Assembly: GCA_963835365.1 (NCBI GenBank) | Contig: CAWIFH010000013.1 | Coordinates: 73,707 to 137,706, forward strand | Source of the DNA: an uncultured Cytophagales bacterium | Lineage (GTDB): Bacteria > Bacteroidota > Bacteroidia > Cytophagales > Cyclobacteriaceae | Direction: 5' to 3' | Length of the DNA stretch: 64,000 nucleotides | Part shown: positions 63,443 through 64,000 of the stretch, in pieces | Layout: every line of letters begins with the position of its first letter | Numbering within the stretch: the first letter of the stretch is position 1 | Translations under genes and position numbers: made by a program | The notes under the pieces: model-generated | Seen by the model: the letters and a program-made list of their open reading frames with translations, nothing else | The model's database searches: none | What the model was told of the DNA's origin: nothing

Positions 63443-63506
63443 CTTGAACATGTGGCATTTACTGTTTAACAGAAACTCATTGGTGCGTATGAGTACAAAA
63501 AATAAA

Positions 63507-64000
63507 CTATTTGTGTATTTTATGAACACTTGCCGCTTTCGCAGCGATCAATTGCTGTGCGATAAAAAAAATGGAAAGTATGAGGAGAATAACTGCCGCC
63601 AGAAAGAATTTCTCACTAATGGATAAAACCTTTGCTACAGGCAACATGATGATAGGTGATAAAAACTGACCTAAAAACCAAAAAGTGGTAAGTCTGCCAA
63701 TTGCCTTTCCTCGATTTGCTGGTGTGGCTAGGTTCATTACCCATATGTTTGTATTTGGTATCATAATTCCCATGCCCAGGCCAGCCAGCATCATTGCCAG
63801 TATAACAAGCAGGTAAGAAGGAAAAAAGGCCAAAAGGAAAAACCCTGATGCCATCAACAGGTAGCCCAATGAAAAGATACCATAGAAGCTATAACTGTTT
63901 TTTAATTTGGAATACGAAAAAGCGGAGACAGCTGAAAAGGCCGTACTCACTGCAATAGCGGCTCCTATCAAAACATTTTTCTCTACACCAATTGCGTTTA
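63507..64000 (-). CDS. MFS transporter, C-terminal part
   Basis: TM helices, RGKAIG..FLGQFLSP. Confidence 0.85.
   Translation of the reverse strand, partial: NAIGVEKNVLIGAAIAVSTAFSAVSAFSYSKLKNSYSFYGIFSLGYLLMASGFFLLAFFPSYLLVILAMMLAGLGMGIMIPNTNIWVMNLATPANRGKAIGRLTTFWFLGQFLSPIIMLPVAKVLSISEKFFLAAVILLILSIFFIAQQLIAAKAASVHKIHK

Overview
Bacteroidota (probably Cytophagales) accessory region. The taxon is inferred from TAnnTTTG -7 promoters, the lack of Shine-Dalgarno sites, and a T9SS cargo protein. The window is a chain of redox and stress modules, three of which carry their own repeated operator at a near-fixed distance from the -7 promoter. (1) 0-23 kb: two PAS kinases (one FixL-like heme-PAS), a REC-Crp/Fnr fusion regulator, USPs, BON, Hsp20, a PNPOx-like protein, ADH, SDR and alpha-amylase, with tandem ATGA-N6-TCAT boxes; several boxed promoters have no annotated gene (sRNA or small-protein candidates). 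(2) 23-34 kb: CusB, a CusA-TolC fusion, an OmpR-type two-component system and the Trx-ApbE-DUF4266-DUF3570 flavinylation operon, with CTTAA repeats at 11-bp period. (3) 34-50 kb: a sulfur cluster (TauE, two PDO-rhodanese fusions, rhodanese, USP, two YeeE, TsdA, porin, DoxX-DsrE-TlpA-DsbD) with GTGAC-N4-GTCAC boxes; tsdA is bracketed by two 128-bp MITE-like repeats. These are followed by a three-gene 2-oxoacid oxidoreductase, a T9SS beta-helix protein, a decayed IS4 with nested insertions (MITE > REP hairpin > 15-16 nt GC micro-inserts) and a sulfotransferase locus. Dense single-base frameshifts in cusA and dsbD look like sequencing errors. All calls were made by eye; no database searches were run.
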